NCBI GenBank assembly: GCA_963795805.1
Contig: CAWCIV010000002.1
Span: 138,917 to 202,916, forward strand
Length of the DNA: 64,000 bases
Origin: an uncultured Chloroflexia bacterium
GTDB lineage: Bacteria; Chloroflexota; Dormibacteria; CF-121
Reading direction: 5' to 3'
Part shown: piece after piece, positions 48,214 through 57,080 of the stretch
Layout: each line of letters opens with the position of its first letter
How positions within the stretch are numbered: the stretch's first letter is position 1
Program-made: the position numbers and the translations under genes
The notes under the pieces: model-generated
Told to the model about the DNA's origin: nothing
Seen by the model: the letters and a program-made list of their open reading frames with translations, nothing else
Databases searched by the model: none

Positions 48214-49602
48214 TTACTTCTTTCCTGTCTGGCGGCGCTGCCCTTTCGACGCCGGTTCCGCCCTGGCCTCGGCCTCTCCCGCTTCCGAGGGCCCAATTGT
48301 ATCCGAAGAATCCGCGGCCGCCACGGTTCCGAGATAGTCGATGGTCTTGCGCATCAGGAGCTGGTGGCGGAAGTAGGCGCGCACCGGGTCAGCGGTTCGG
48401 AGGTCGCGCGCCCGACGGGTCGCCATCTGCTCCTCCGAGAGGGCGGTGGTCAGGGCGGCGTCGATTTCCCCCTCCGGCACGGTAATCCCCGCCCGGTCGG
48501 CGACGGTCGCCAGGGCCAACTCGAGCCGGACCTTCTGGACCGCCGCTGGCCGTTGCTCGGCCCGCAGGGCCTCGGGCGTCGTTTTCGTGTACTCCAGGTA
48601 GCGATCGACCTTGATCCCCTGCTCCTGGAGGCGGAGCTCGAGCTCGCGGAGGCGCCGGTCGATCTCCTGGTCGATCAGGGCATCGGGGACCTCGACCGAG
48701 AGGCGCTCGTCGAGCGCCTTCAGCACGTCGTTTTCGAAACGTTGCTCATCCTCATGCGTGGCGGCGTCCTGCAGCTCGGTGCGGACCTCCTCTCGAAGGC
48801 CGGCCAGGGTCTCTCCCCGACCGACCTGGCGGGCGAGCTCGTCGTCGACCGCGGGCAGGATCCGCTCCTTGATCGACTTGACGGTCACGCGGAAGACGAC
48901 GTTGGACCCCGCAAGATCCTTCTTCGGGTAGTCGGCGGGGAGGGTCATGGCGATATCCCGCGTCTCGCCGACCGTCTGGCCCTCGAGCCCGGCGGCGAGG
49001 CCCGGCAGCAGTCGCTCCGCGTCGACTTCGAGCTGCGCGTCCGTCTGGCTCTCACCCACCAGCACCGCCCCGGATTGGACGACGTGCAGGTCGACCGTCA
49101 GGAAGTCGCCGGCATGCACCGGCCGGTCAGCGTCGTGGAGTTCGGCAAAGCGGCCTCGGAGGCGCTCGATCGCCTCGTCGACGTCGGGGTCACCGATTTC
49201 CGTCTGTGGTCGCGGCACGCGGATATCCGTGTAGTCCTTCAAGTCCACCTCGGGCTTGACGCTGACCGTCGCGGAAAACTTCATCGGTTGTCCGCGGTCG
49301 AACTGCTGGATGTCGACGTGCGGGTTGTCGATCGGGTCGATCTTCGCCTCCGCGACGGCCGCGTTATAGGCAACCGGTAGCAGGATGTCGAGCGCCTCCT
49401 GGCGGAGGGTCGCCCAACCAAGTTCTCGCTCGATCATCGGCCGTGGGGCTTTTCCGGGGCGAAAGCCGGCGATCCGGACCCGTGGTGCGAGCCGCGAATA
49501 GGCGACGTCGATCGACTGCTTGACCTGGTCCTCGGGAACCTCGATCGTCAGGACAACCTGCGATCCAGGCTTCTTTTCCGTCTCCACCTTCACATCAGCC
49601 AC
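48214..49602 (-). CDS. tig: Trigger factor
   Basis: 462 aa with GTG start. IAGFRPGKAPR ribosome-binding signature. FKBP-like middle domain and C-terminal arm. Confidence 0.9.
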   Translation of the reverse strand: MADVKVETEKKPGSQVVLTIEVPEDQVKQSIDVAYSRLAPRVRIAGFRPGKAPRPMIERELGWATLRQEALDILLPVAYNAAVAEAKIDPIDNPHVDIQQFDRGQPMKFSATVSVKPEVDLKDYTDIRVPRPQTEIGDPDVDEAIERLRGRFAELHDADRPVHAGDFLTVDLHVVQSGAVLVGESQTDAQLEVDAERLLPGLAAGLEGQTVGETRDIAMTLPADYPKKDLAGSNVVFRVTVKSIKERILPAVDDELARQVGRGETLAGLREEVRTELQDAATHEDEQRFENDVLKALDERLSVEVPDALIDQEIDRRLRELELRLQEQGIKVDRYLEYTKTTPEALRAEQRPAAVQKVRLELALATVADRAGITVPEGEIDAALTTALSEEQMATRRARDLRTADPVRAYFRHQLLMRKTIDYLGTVAAADSSDTIGPSEAGEAEARAEPASKGQRRQTGKK

Positions 49603-49760
49603 GGGTCAATAAGCTACCAGTTCATCTCGCATGGGTGGATCAGCGTCTGGCTGTGCGACGGGGCGGCGCTGCGGTCGAGCAGCCGGCCACGTTGCGCGAT
49701 ACGCCGTGGCCGGCGCGCAGACTGACAGCGCCGTCCCGCCGCGCAGATGGATCGACGAAA

Positions 49761-49842
49761 TGCGGGCGAAGGGACTCGAACCCTTATGGCTTACGCCACA
49801 CGGTCCTAAGCCGTGCGCCTGTACCAATTCGGCTACGCCCGC
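49761..49842 (-). tRNA. tRNA-Leu (anticodon TAG), long variable arm, CCA not encoded
   Basis: The reverse complement reads GCGGGCGTAGCCGAATTGGTACAGGCGCACGGCTTAGGACCGTGTGGCGTAAGCCATAAGGGTTCGAGTCCCTTCGCCCGCA. Anticodon arm is CACGG-CTTAGGA-CCGTG. Confidence 0.9.
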
Positions 49843-49864
49843 GCTGCGCTCAGAATATAGCGAC

Positions 49865-50743
49865 GTGCCAGTAACGCTCGCGTCTGATGTTCGAGAGGCC
49901 ATCGCCGATCATCGCGGCGTGGTCGCCCTCGAGTCCGCCGTGATCACGCACGGCCTGCCGCGCGACGCCGCGCTGGAAGCGGTCCGACGCCAGTGGCACA
50001 CCTGCCAGGCGGCGGGCGCGATGCCGGCGGTCGTCGCCGTCTATGAAGGACGGTTGCTGGTGGGATTGACCCTGGACGAGTGCGCCACGCTGGCCGAACG
50101 GACGGACGCCGTCAAGGTCTCGCCATGGAACCTCGCATCGAGCCTTCGGAAACCGGGATTCGGCGGCACCACGGTCGCGGCCACGATTTGGGCCGCGGCT
50201 CTCGCAGGCATTTCGGTCGTCAGCACCGGCGGCATCGGCGGCGTCCACCCAGGGACCGGGACAGACGTTTCGGCGGACCTCACCGAGCTCAGCCGGAAAT
50301 CGGTTTGCGTTGTCTGTGCCGGGCCGAAGTCCACCCTCGATCGGGAAGCGACGCTCGAATACCTGGAGACCGTCGGCGTGCCAGTGGTCGGCTGGCGGTC
50401 CGACGTCATGGCCGGATTCTTGAGCGAATCCTCCGGTCTTCGATTGTCGTCGCGGGTCGATGCAATCCCAGAGCTGGTGTCCCTGCTGGGCACACACTGG
50501 GAGCTCGGCGGCGCCGGCATCGTGGTCTGCCAGCCATTGCCGCGCCAGTTCGCGATCTCCGCCGACGAGCTGATGGACAAAGACGAGACGGTTGACGAAG
50601 CCCGAGGCGGCGCGCGGACGCCGGCGGAGCTCAAACGACTTCAGGCTCGGCTCGGCCCGCGGGTGATCGAGGCCAACGTCGCGCTGCTCGAACACAACGC
50701 GGCGCTCGCCGCGCAGCTGGCCGTCTCCCTGGCGCGCGCGTGA
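49865..50743 (+). CDS. psuG: Pseudouridine-5'-phosphate glycosidase
   Basis: VALESAVITHGLP, GGTTVAATIWAAALAGI, STGGIGGVH, VSADLTEL and LEYLETVGVPVVG. Probable GTG start at 49865. The ORF-track N-terminus overlaps tRNA-Leu. Confidence 0.85.
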   Translation: MPVTLASDVREAIADHRGVVALESAVITHGLPRDAALEAVRRQWHTCQAAGAMPAVVAVYEGRLLVGLTLDECATLAERTDAVKVSPWNLASSLRKPGFGGTTVAATIWAAALAGISVVSTGGIGGVHPGTGTDVSADLTELSRKSVCVVCAGPKSTLDREATLEYLETVGVPVVGWRSDVMAGFLSESSGLRLSSRVDAIPELVSLLGTHWELGGAGIVVCQPLPRQFAISADELMDKDETVDEARGGARTPAELKRLQARLGPRVIEANVALLEHNAALAAQLAVSLARA

Positions 50744-50934
50744 CCGAGTCCCTCGAACAGCTGCGGCGGCTGAAGAACACCGTGATGGGCGCCGCCAATC
50801 GGCTCGCATTGCTGGGACGTTCGGGCGAGCTGGCGCCGGAGGCGGATCGGGAGCTGCGAATGATCGCCGCCGAACTGGCCGACGTCGCGCGCCGGCTCGA
50901 GCGCATGTTGACCGGGCTCGGAGAGAAGAACTAA
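50740..50934 (+). CDS. Small helical hypothetical protein
   Basis: 64 aa. GTG start in a GTGA overlap with the psuG stop. G/C-rich third positions. Confidence 0.35.
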   Translation: MTESLEQLRRLKNTVMGAANRLALLGRSGELAPEADRELRMIAAELADVARRLERMLTGLGEKN

Positions 50935-51983
50935 GCGGGACTCTCGATCAACGCGCGCAGCCGCGCCGCCGAGGCTTCGGCCAGCGTGTCATTGATGAAG
51001 ACGCCGGCGCCCGACTCGGAGCCGGCCAGGTACTTCAACCTGCCACTGTCGCGTAGCGTCGGATAGAACTCGACGTGGAGGTGCGCCTGCGGGTAGGTAT
51101 GGCCATCGGTCGGCTGCTGATGGATCACCATCATGTAGGGCATCGGGACGTCGAAGAGCCGGTCGTACGCCCGGGCGATTCGCTGCATGACATGCACCAG
51201 GACGCGCCGTGAGGCTGGCGTGAGGTCGGGTAACGACGGACGATGCGCCAGGGCGGCCACGTGGACTTCGTAGGGCCAGCGGGCAAACGCCGGAACAAAC
51301 GCGACCAGACCGCGTTCCTCGATCAGGACCCGCTTCCCCTCGGCAAGCTCCTTCTTCACGACCGCACACTGGCGACATCGCGTGGACCGGCCACGGAGTT
51401 CTACGGTGGCGACCGGGGGGATGAACGGATAGCCGTAGATCTGGCCATGCGGGTGATGCAGCGTCACGCCCACCTGCTCCCCGCGGTTCTCGAAGATGTA
51501 CACGTAGCGGACGTCGTCGCGCTTCTCCAGTGCCCGGTACCTGTCGGTCCAAACCTCCATCAAGCGCTCCAGCGCGTCCGGCGGGAGGCTGGCGAAGGAC
51601 CCCTCGTGTACGCCGGTATAGACGACCACCTCGCAGACGCCGCCCCCGGACGCCGTGACCATCGCTGGAAACCGGTTCTCGAAAACCGCGGCGTCGAATT
51701 GCTCGGCCGGGATCTCGGTGGAGTGACCGGGCGTGGAGGGGTCGAGTGGACAGGCGTCCCGCGCCGGCAGAAACGTCCGGGATTGTCGGGAGGCCGCGAC
51801 CAGGACCCACTCCTGCCGCAACGGGTTCCAGCGCCGCTCGTAGGCGCCGTCACCCAGGGCTGGGGCTTCGTAACCGGCGGGCGCCGGGGCGAAGCGATCA
51901 TAGAGGTAGACATGCCGCCCATCGGCTTGGACGACGTCGGTTCGCGCCGGGCGGGGCATGCCGGTCAATCTTAAAGCCGGCAC
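50931..51983 (-). CDS. galT: Galactose-1-phosphate uridylyltransferase
   Basis: VTLHHPHGQIYGYPFIPP (HxHxQ active site). GalT layout throughout. Start at GTG 51983 or ATG 51959. Confidence 0.85.
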   Translation of the reverse strand: MPALRLTGMPRPARTDVVQADGRHVYLYDRFAPAPAGYEAPALGDGAYERRWNPLRQEWVLVAASRQSRTFLPARDACPLDPSTPGHSTEIPAEQFDAAVFENRFPAMVTASGGGVCEVVVYTGVHEGSFASLPPDALERLMEVWTDRYRALEKRDDVRYVYIFENRGEQVGVTLHHPHGQIYGYPFIPPVATVELRGRSTRCRQCAVVKKELAEGKRVLIEERGLVAFVPAFARWPYEVHVAALAHRPSLPDLTPASRRVLVHVMQRIARAYDRLFDVPMPYMMVIHQQPTDGHTYPQAHLHVEFYPTLRDSGRLKYLAGSESGAGVFINDTLAEASAARLRALIESPA

Positions 51984-51996
51984 CGGCGAAGAGAAA

Positions 51997-52070
51997 TGCG
52001 CCCAGGAGGATTTGAACCCCCGCTCCCGGGTCCGTAGCCCGGTGCTCTATCCAGGCTGAGCTATGGGCGC
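51997..52070 (-). tRNA. tRNA-Arg (anticodon ACG), CCA not encoded
   Basis: Reverse complement folds as GCGCCCA-TA-GCTC-AGCCTGGATA-GAGC-A-CCGGG-CTACGGA-CCCGG-GAGC-GGGGG-TTCAAAT-CCTCC-TGGGCGC-A. Confidence 0.9.
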
Positions 52071-52081
52071 ATCGCGGAACC

Positions 52082-52681
52082 CTATTGTAGGGGGAAGCTC
52101 TTGAGACTGCTGTATCGCGGCGGTCGCTGAGAGAGGTCGCTTCGCATCAGGTGGATCGCGTCGATGCGGAGGACCCCGAAGGCAGCCGCTTTCCATTCGT
52201 CGGCCCAGCGCCCGATTGCCACCCGATCGTGCGCCCGCGCCATCGTGCGCAAGCGGCCGAGGGTCAGGTGCGGCGCGTAGGCCCGCTCGTCGACCACCAG
52301 GCCGGCGCTCCGAAGCGCGTTGCCGGTCGCAACCTGGAGAGCACTGAGTCGCTCCCGTTCGGGTCCGCCGATCCCAGCCCAGAGCACACGCGGGCGACTG
52401 AGCGAGGGGAAGGCGCCCACGCTCGCCACCTCGACCTCGAACCGGTTGAAGGACGCCACCGCGTCCTGAAGGCCATGGCTCAGCACCTCGATCCGGTTGG
52501 CTTCCACCGGGCCGACGAAATGCAGCGTCAGATGGATCGCGTCGGGCCGGCTCGCCGTGACCAGCGGCGCCAATGGTGCCAGCTGGGCGAGCGGCGCGCC
52601 CAGGGCCACGCGATTCGAGTCCGACAGCAGCGCCGCGACGAAGAGGCGCCACGGCTTCTCGCTGCCGGTGGCCGCGCTCAC
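52082..52681 (-). CDS. thpR: RNA 2',3'-cyclic phosphodiesterase (2H family)
   Basis: Two HxTx motifs (HLTLHFVG and HLTLGRL). 199 aa. Confidence 0.8.
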   Translation of the reverse strand: MSAATGSEKPWRLFVAALLSDSNRVALGAPLAQLAPLAPLVTASRPDAIHLTLHFVGPVEANRIEVLSHGLQDAVASFNRFEVEVASVGAFPSLSRPRVLWAGIGGPERERLSALQVATGNALRSAGLVVDERAYAPHLTLGRLRTMARAHDRVAIGRWADEWKAAAFGVLRIDAIHLMRSDLSQRPPRYSSLKSFPLQ

Positions 52682-52687
52682 CGATTC

Positions 52688-53827
52688 CTACACGACATTC
52701 CGCTCGGGCTCTAACCGGCCAGTTGTGAATCGATCCGGCCGGAAGGCCGCGAGGTCGACCGGCGCCGACCCGGCCGTCATCCATTGCGCCAGCCAGTCGC
52801 CGATCACCGGTCCCATCATGAATCCGTGGCCGGAGAATCCGGCTGCCACCCAGAGCCCATCCCGGACCGGGCCGACCAGCGGCTGGGCGTCGGGCGTGTT
52901 CTCGTAGAGTCCCGCCCACGTGTTGTTGACGCGGGCCTCGAGGAGCGGCGGCCAGCGGGGCGCCGCCACTGGCAGGAGGCGGTCGAGCACGGACGGGTCG
53001 ATTGCCGGGCTGTCCGAGTCCGGCTGGTCCGCGTCACCCATGCCAAAGAGCACGCCCTCCCCTTCCGGATGGAAGTAAAACGACGTATGAAAATCGATCG
53101 TCATTGGGGTCCGGCGGCTGATGCCGCTGAACGGCGCGGTGGTGAAGACGTGGCGCCGCGAGGCGGTGATGGGCAAGGTCACGCCGGCCAGGGCGCCGAC
53201 CCTCGATGCCCAGGGGCCAGCGCAGATGACGACCTCGGCGGCCGGAATCGCCTCCGTGGCTGTCTCGACGCCCTCGACCCGGCCACCTCGGCGCGGAAAG
53301 CCGGTGACCGCGGTGTCCTCGAGGATGACCGCGCCCAGCCGGCGGGCGGCGCCGGCATAGCCGGCGGTGACCTCGTTCGGCCCTGCCAGCCCATCGCTGG
53401 GGCAGAAGGTCGCGCCACTCAGGTCATTTACCTGCAATCCCGGCACGATCCCCTCGACCTGCCGCGGGGACAGCTCGACCACGTCCTCGACGCCCAGCCG
53501 TCGCTGGAGCCGGGCGTTCTCCGCGAAACGCTTCCGTTCCTCTGCTGTCGTCAGAAGGAACAGGTACCCCACCGGCCGGAAGTCGGCAGAGGTCCCCACC
53601 TCCTGCTCGAAGCGCGCGAGCACCCGCTTGGCCTGGATGCCGATCCGGATGTTGATCTCCGTCGAGAACTGGGCGCGGACCCCGCCGGCACAGGCGGCGG
53701 TCGAACCCTGGCCGATCGAGCCCCGCTCCACGACGACGACGCGGCGCCCGGCGCGTGCGAGGTAGAAGGCCAGGCTGCAGCCGATCACGCCCGCGCCGAC
53801 GATCACCACGTCCGCGCGACGAGTCAC
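52688..53827 (-). CDS. FAD-dependent oxidoreductase (DAO family: sarcosine/glycine/amine oxidase-like)
   Basis: DVVIVGAGVIGCSLAFYLARAGRRVVVVE dinucleotide fold and C-terminal GFSGHGFMMGP. GTG start. Confidence 0.75.
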   Translation of the reverse strand: MTRRADVVIVGAGVIGCSLAFYLARAGRRVVVVERGSIGQGSTAACAGGVRAQFSTEINIRIGIQAKRVLARFEQEVGTSADFRPVGYLFLLTTAEERKRFAENARLQRRLGVEDVVELSPRQVEGIVPGLQVNDLSGATFCPSDGLAGPNEVTAGYAGAARRLGAVILEDTAVTGFPRRGGRVEGVETATEAIPAAEVVICAGPWASRVGALAGVTLPITASRRHVFTTAPFSGISRRTPMTIDFHTSFYFHPEGEGVLFGMGDADQPDSDSPAIDPSVLDRLLPVAAPRWPPLLEARVNNTWAGLYENTPDAQPLVGPVRDGLWVAAGFSGHGFMMGPVIGDWLAQWMTAGSAPVDLAAFRPDRFTTGRLEPERNVV

Positions 53828-53828
53828 C

Positions 53829-54741
53829 TCAGCCCTGCGGGGCGACCTTGACCATGGCCATGAACTCGAAGATAAACTTCAGCGCCGCCAGGCTCGTCAC
53901 GTCCCCGAGGTCGAGCGGGGGGGCAACCTCGTCAACATCGAGGCCTGCCAGGGGCACGCCCTCGAGTTGATAGAAGAAAGTCGAGCAGCTGGCGGGAGGT
54001 CAGCCCACCGGCCGAGGGAATGCCCGTCCCCGGGGCGTAGGCAGGATCCAGCGAGTCGATGTCGAGGGAGATGTGGAGGGCATCGGAGCCGATGGTCTCG
54101 CGAATCCGGTCGCGCAGGGCGCCGTCGCCCAGCCGATGCGCGTCCGCACTCGTCACGAGCATGATTCCCATCCGCTTGATGTATTCGACCTCCTCCCAGT
54201 CATAGTCGCGGCAACCCAGGAGCGTCACCTTTCGTGGATCGATCTCGCCCATCTCGAGGCCACGCCGCAGCGCACAGCCGTTGGACCAGCGCGAGTGTCG
54301 CGAGGTGTCGTTGAGATCCGGGTGGGCATCGATATAGAGGATGCTCAGCCGGCCGTTGTGCCGGCGCTGCTGCGCGATCAGGGTCGGACTGACCGTCGTG
54401 TGATCCCCTCCGAGCACGATCGGCAGCGTGCCGGTGGGGGTCTCACCGATGGCGGCGGCAACCATCGCGACATTGACCCCCATATCGCCCGGCTCGAGGG
54501 ACAGGTCGCCGTCGTCCAGGACCGTGACCTGATCGAAAAGCCGGGCCCGCTCGCTGACCGGCGCCAGCACGGCGGACAGCCGGCGGAGGTGCGACGGCGC
54601 CACCGCCTGCCCGGGGCGGTAGGTCGAACCGGCCTCGATCGGAACGCCGAGGATCCTGAAGTCCGCCGCGACGCCGGGCGCCGGTCGTTTGAGGCCGCCC
54701 CAGGGCGAAAGCCCTTCGGTGTTGAAGAGGCGCGTGGTCAT
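53829..54741 (-). pseudogene. Arginase-family ureohydrolase (agmatinase/guanidino-acid hydrolase-like), one frame break as printed
   Basis: Starts MTTRLFNTEGL (ATG 54741, ATGA overlap with the upstream gene). GGDHTT, IDAHPDLND and SLDIDSLDP metal ligands. After ...SRQLLDF it continues in the +1 frame as FYQLEGVPLAGLDVDEVAPPLDLGDVTSLAALKFIFEFMAMVKVAPQG*, skipping one base near 53976-53979. Confidence 0.75.
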
Positions 54742-55670
54742 GCCGCCAAAAACGCGCTGATCGCCTCGACCTGGGCGGCGATCAGGGCCGGCGTCCATCC
54801 ATGTCCGGCGGCGGGAATGACGCGGATCTCGGCCTGGGGCATCAGCGACGCGAGGGTGCGGATCGCCTCGACGTCGACCGTGCGATCGTCGGCCGCGACC
54901 ACGACCAGCACCGGCTTTCGCCAGCTCGACAGAAACGGTCGGTAGTCGCGCCCGATCCCGTCGCGGAGCCACTGCCGGGCGGCCCGCCCATCGGCGCGCT
55001 GTTGATTCTGAAAGTTCACCTGGGCGTCGTAGGGGTCAACCCCGGGCCCTTCGACCACGAACCGTTTGTAGAGGTCGGAGACCAGACGGTTGCGCCGGAG
55101 GCGGTCGACGCCGAAGAAGATCGGCCCCGAGGTCAGGATCGTCACCTGACGTTTGAAGGCCGACCGCAGCGTGGTCGGCGAGTAGATCGGCGTGTGCAGG
55201 ACCAGTCGGGTGATCCGATCAGGGAAACGTGAGGCATACTCCAACGCCACGGTCGCTCCGAGGCAGATGCCACCGACGTCATGGTTCTCGATTCCGAGCC
55301 GCTCGACGAAGGCGTGCAGAAACTCGGCATGCCCGGCAACGGTGTGCGGCGGGTCGCCGGCCGCTGTTTCGCCACACCCGGGCAGATCCGGGATCAGGAT
55401 GCGGCGGTGACCGGCGAAGGCCGGCGCCCAGGTGTGGAAATTCTCGAGCGAGCCGATGAAACCGTGACACAGCAGCAACGGATGCCCGGTCCCCTGGTCG
55501 AGGTACCGGACTCGCCGCTGCGCAATGTCGATGACGCGAATCGCGCTGGATGGAATTTCGACGGATCTATTCCCCGGTGTCGATCTGGGCCCGCTGCAGC
55601 CGGCCACTGTAGTCGACATAGATCGTCTTCCACTCGGTGAACTCATCGAGCGCCACGGTTCCAGCCTCAC
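54738..55670 (-). CDS. Alpha/beta-fold hydrolase with Cys in the nucleophile elbow
   Basis: LLLCHGFIGS, elbow VGGICLGATVA (G-x-C-x-G) and C-terminal AAGHGW. The start is uncertain: all Met candidates (55670, 55646, 55619) overlap the upstream ALDH gene. Confidence 0.65.
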   Translation of the reverse strand: MRLEPWRSMSSPSGRRSMSTTVAGCSGPRSTPGNRSVEIPSSAIRVIDIAQRRVRYLDQGTGHPLLLCHGFIGSLENFHTWAPAFAGHRRILIPDLPGCGETAAGDPPHTVAGHAEFLHAFVERLGIENHDVGGICLGATVALEYASRFPDRITRLVLHTPIYSPTTLRSAFKRQVTILTSGPIFFGVDRLRRNRLVSDLYKRFVVEGPGVDPYDAQVNFQNQQRADGRAARQWLRDGIGRDYRPFLSSWRKPVLVVVAADDRTVDVEAIRTLASLMPQAEIRVIPAAGHGWTPALIAAQVEAISAFLAA

Positions 55671-57072
55671 GATGGCCGTTGCCGGTGTTCTTCACGCCGC
55701 CGAACGGCAACTGGATCTCGGCCCCGATGGTCGGCGCATTGATGTAGACGATGCCCGACTGCATCTCGTCCATAGCGTGGAACGCCTTGCGCAGATCGTT
55801 GGTGTAGATCGACATGGACAGCCCGTACTGGGTTGAGTTCGCGACCTCGAGCGCCTCCTCGAGGCCGTTGACCGGCATCACCAGGGTCGACGGACCGAAG
55901 ATCTCTTCCTGCGCCATCCGCATGTCCTTGCGACCGTCGGCGAAGATGGTGGGCCGGTAAAACCAGCCGTCCGATCCAGCGAATTCGCCGCCATGCACCA
56001 GCCGCGCCTTGTCACTCTTGCCGATCCCGGTGTACTCGTGCACTTTCTTGACGGCGGCCTCATTGATGACCGGGCCCATGTCGGTGTCGGGGAGCAGGCC
56101 ATCGCCGACCTTCATCTTGGCGGCCCGCTCCTGGAGCAGATCGGTGAAATCCGCTTCGACTTTCTTGTCGACGATCAGCCGCGACGCCGCGGTGCACCGC
56201 TGCCCCGAGGTCCCGAACGCGGCCCAGAGCGCCCCGTCGACCGCGAGTGGGACGTCCGCATCGTCGAGGACGACGATGCAATTCTTCCCACCCAGCTCGA
56301 GGCCGAGTCGCTTCAGATTCTTGCCGGCACTTTCGGCGATCGTGCGGCCCGCCTCCGTCGACCCGGTGAACGAGATGGCATTCACGCGTGGGTCTTTGAC
56401 GAGCGGATCTCCGACTTCGCGACCGCTGCCGGTGACCAGGTTGAGGACCCCGCCGGGCAAGCCCGCTTCCTCGAGGATCTCGACCAGCTTGGTGGCGACG
56501 ATCGGTGTGTCCGAAGCCGGTTTGAACACGACGGCATTGCCGGCCATGATGGCCGGCAGGATCTTCCATGACGGGATCGCCATGGGGAAGTTCCAGGGTG
56601 TGATGCAGGCCACGATGCCGAGCGGTGCCCGGACGGTCATGGCCCACTTGTTGCGCAACTCCGAGGGCACCGTTTCGCCGTGTGGGAGGCGACCGAACGA
56701 GGCCGCGTACTTGGCCATGTCGATGGCCTCCTGGACATCACCGCGCGCTTCCTTCAGCACCTTGCCCATCTCCTGCGTCATCAACCGGGCAAGCTCCTCC
56801 TTGCGCTCCTCCAGCAGGAGACCAGCCTTGAGCACGATCTCGCCCCGCGTCGGCCCCGGTGTCCGTCGCCACGAGGGAAAGGCTTTCTGCGCCGCCTCGA
56901 TCGCGAGGTTGACGTCGTCGGGATTGGACGCCTGCATCACGCCGAGCACCTCGTCCTTGTGCGCAGGGTTCGACGAGTTGAACGTCCGCCCGCTTTTCGA
57001 ATCGACCCATCGACCGCCGATGAAGTTCTTGTAGGTCTTGGCCTCGGTGCGCTTTCCGCGCTCGGTTGCCAT
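55567..57072 (-). CDS. NAD(P)-dependent aldehyde dehydrogenase
   Basis: Starts MATERGKRTEAKTYKNFIGGRWV (ATG 57072). FPMAIPSWK, FTGSTEAG, LELGGKN and GQRCTAASR. Upstream codons of the 641-aa ORF are shadow. Confidence 0.9.
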   Translation of the reverse strand: MATERGKRTEAKTYKNFIGGRWVDSKSGRTFNSSNPAHKDEVLGVMQASNPDDVNLAIEAAQKAFPSWRRTPGPTRGEIVLKAGLLLEERKEELARLMTQEMGKVLKEARGDVQEAIDMAKYAASFGRLPHGETVPSELRNKWAMTVRAPLGIVACITPWNFPMAIPSWKILPAIMAGNAVVFKPASDTPIVATKLVEILEEAGLPGGVLNLVTGSGREVGDPLVKDPRVNAISFTGSTEAGRTIAESAGKNLKRLGLELGGKNCIVVLDDADVPLAVDGALWAAFGTSGQRCTAASRLIVDKKVEADFTDLLQERAAKMKVGDGLLPDTDMGPVINEAAVKKVHEYTGIGKSDKARLVHGGEFAGSDGWFYRPTIFADGRKDMRMAQEEIFGPSTLVMPVNGLEEALEVANSTQYGLSMSIYTNDLRKAFHAMDEMQSGIVYINAPTIGAEIQLPFGGVKNTGNGHREAGTVALDEFTEWKTIYVDYSGRLQRAQIDTGE

Positions 57073-57080
57073 CGTCTGAC

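Noticed and set aside
49631-49864. 78-codon N-terminal extension of psuG in the ORF track
   Set aside because: It overlaps the tRNA-Leu gene on the opposite strand and is Arg/Ala-rich. PsuG homology begins just after GTG 49865.
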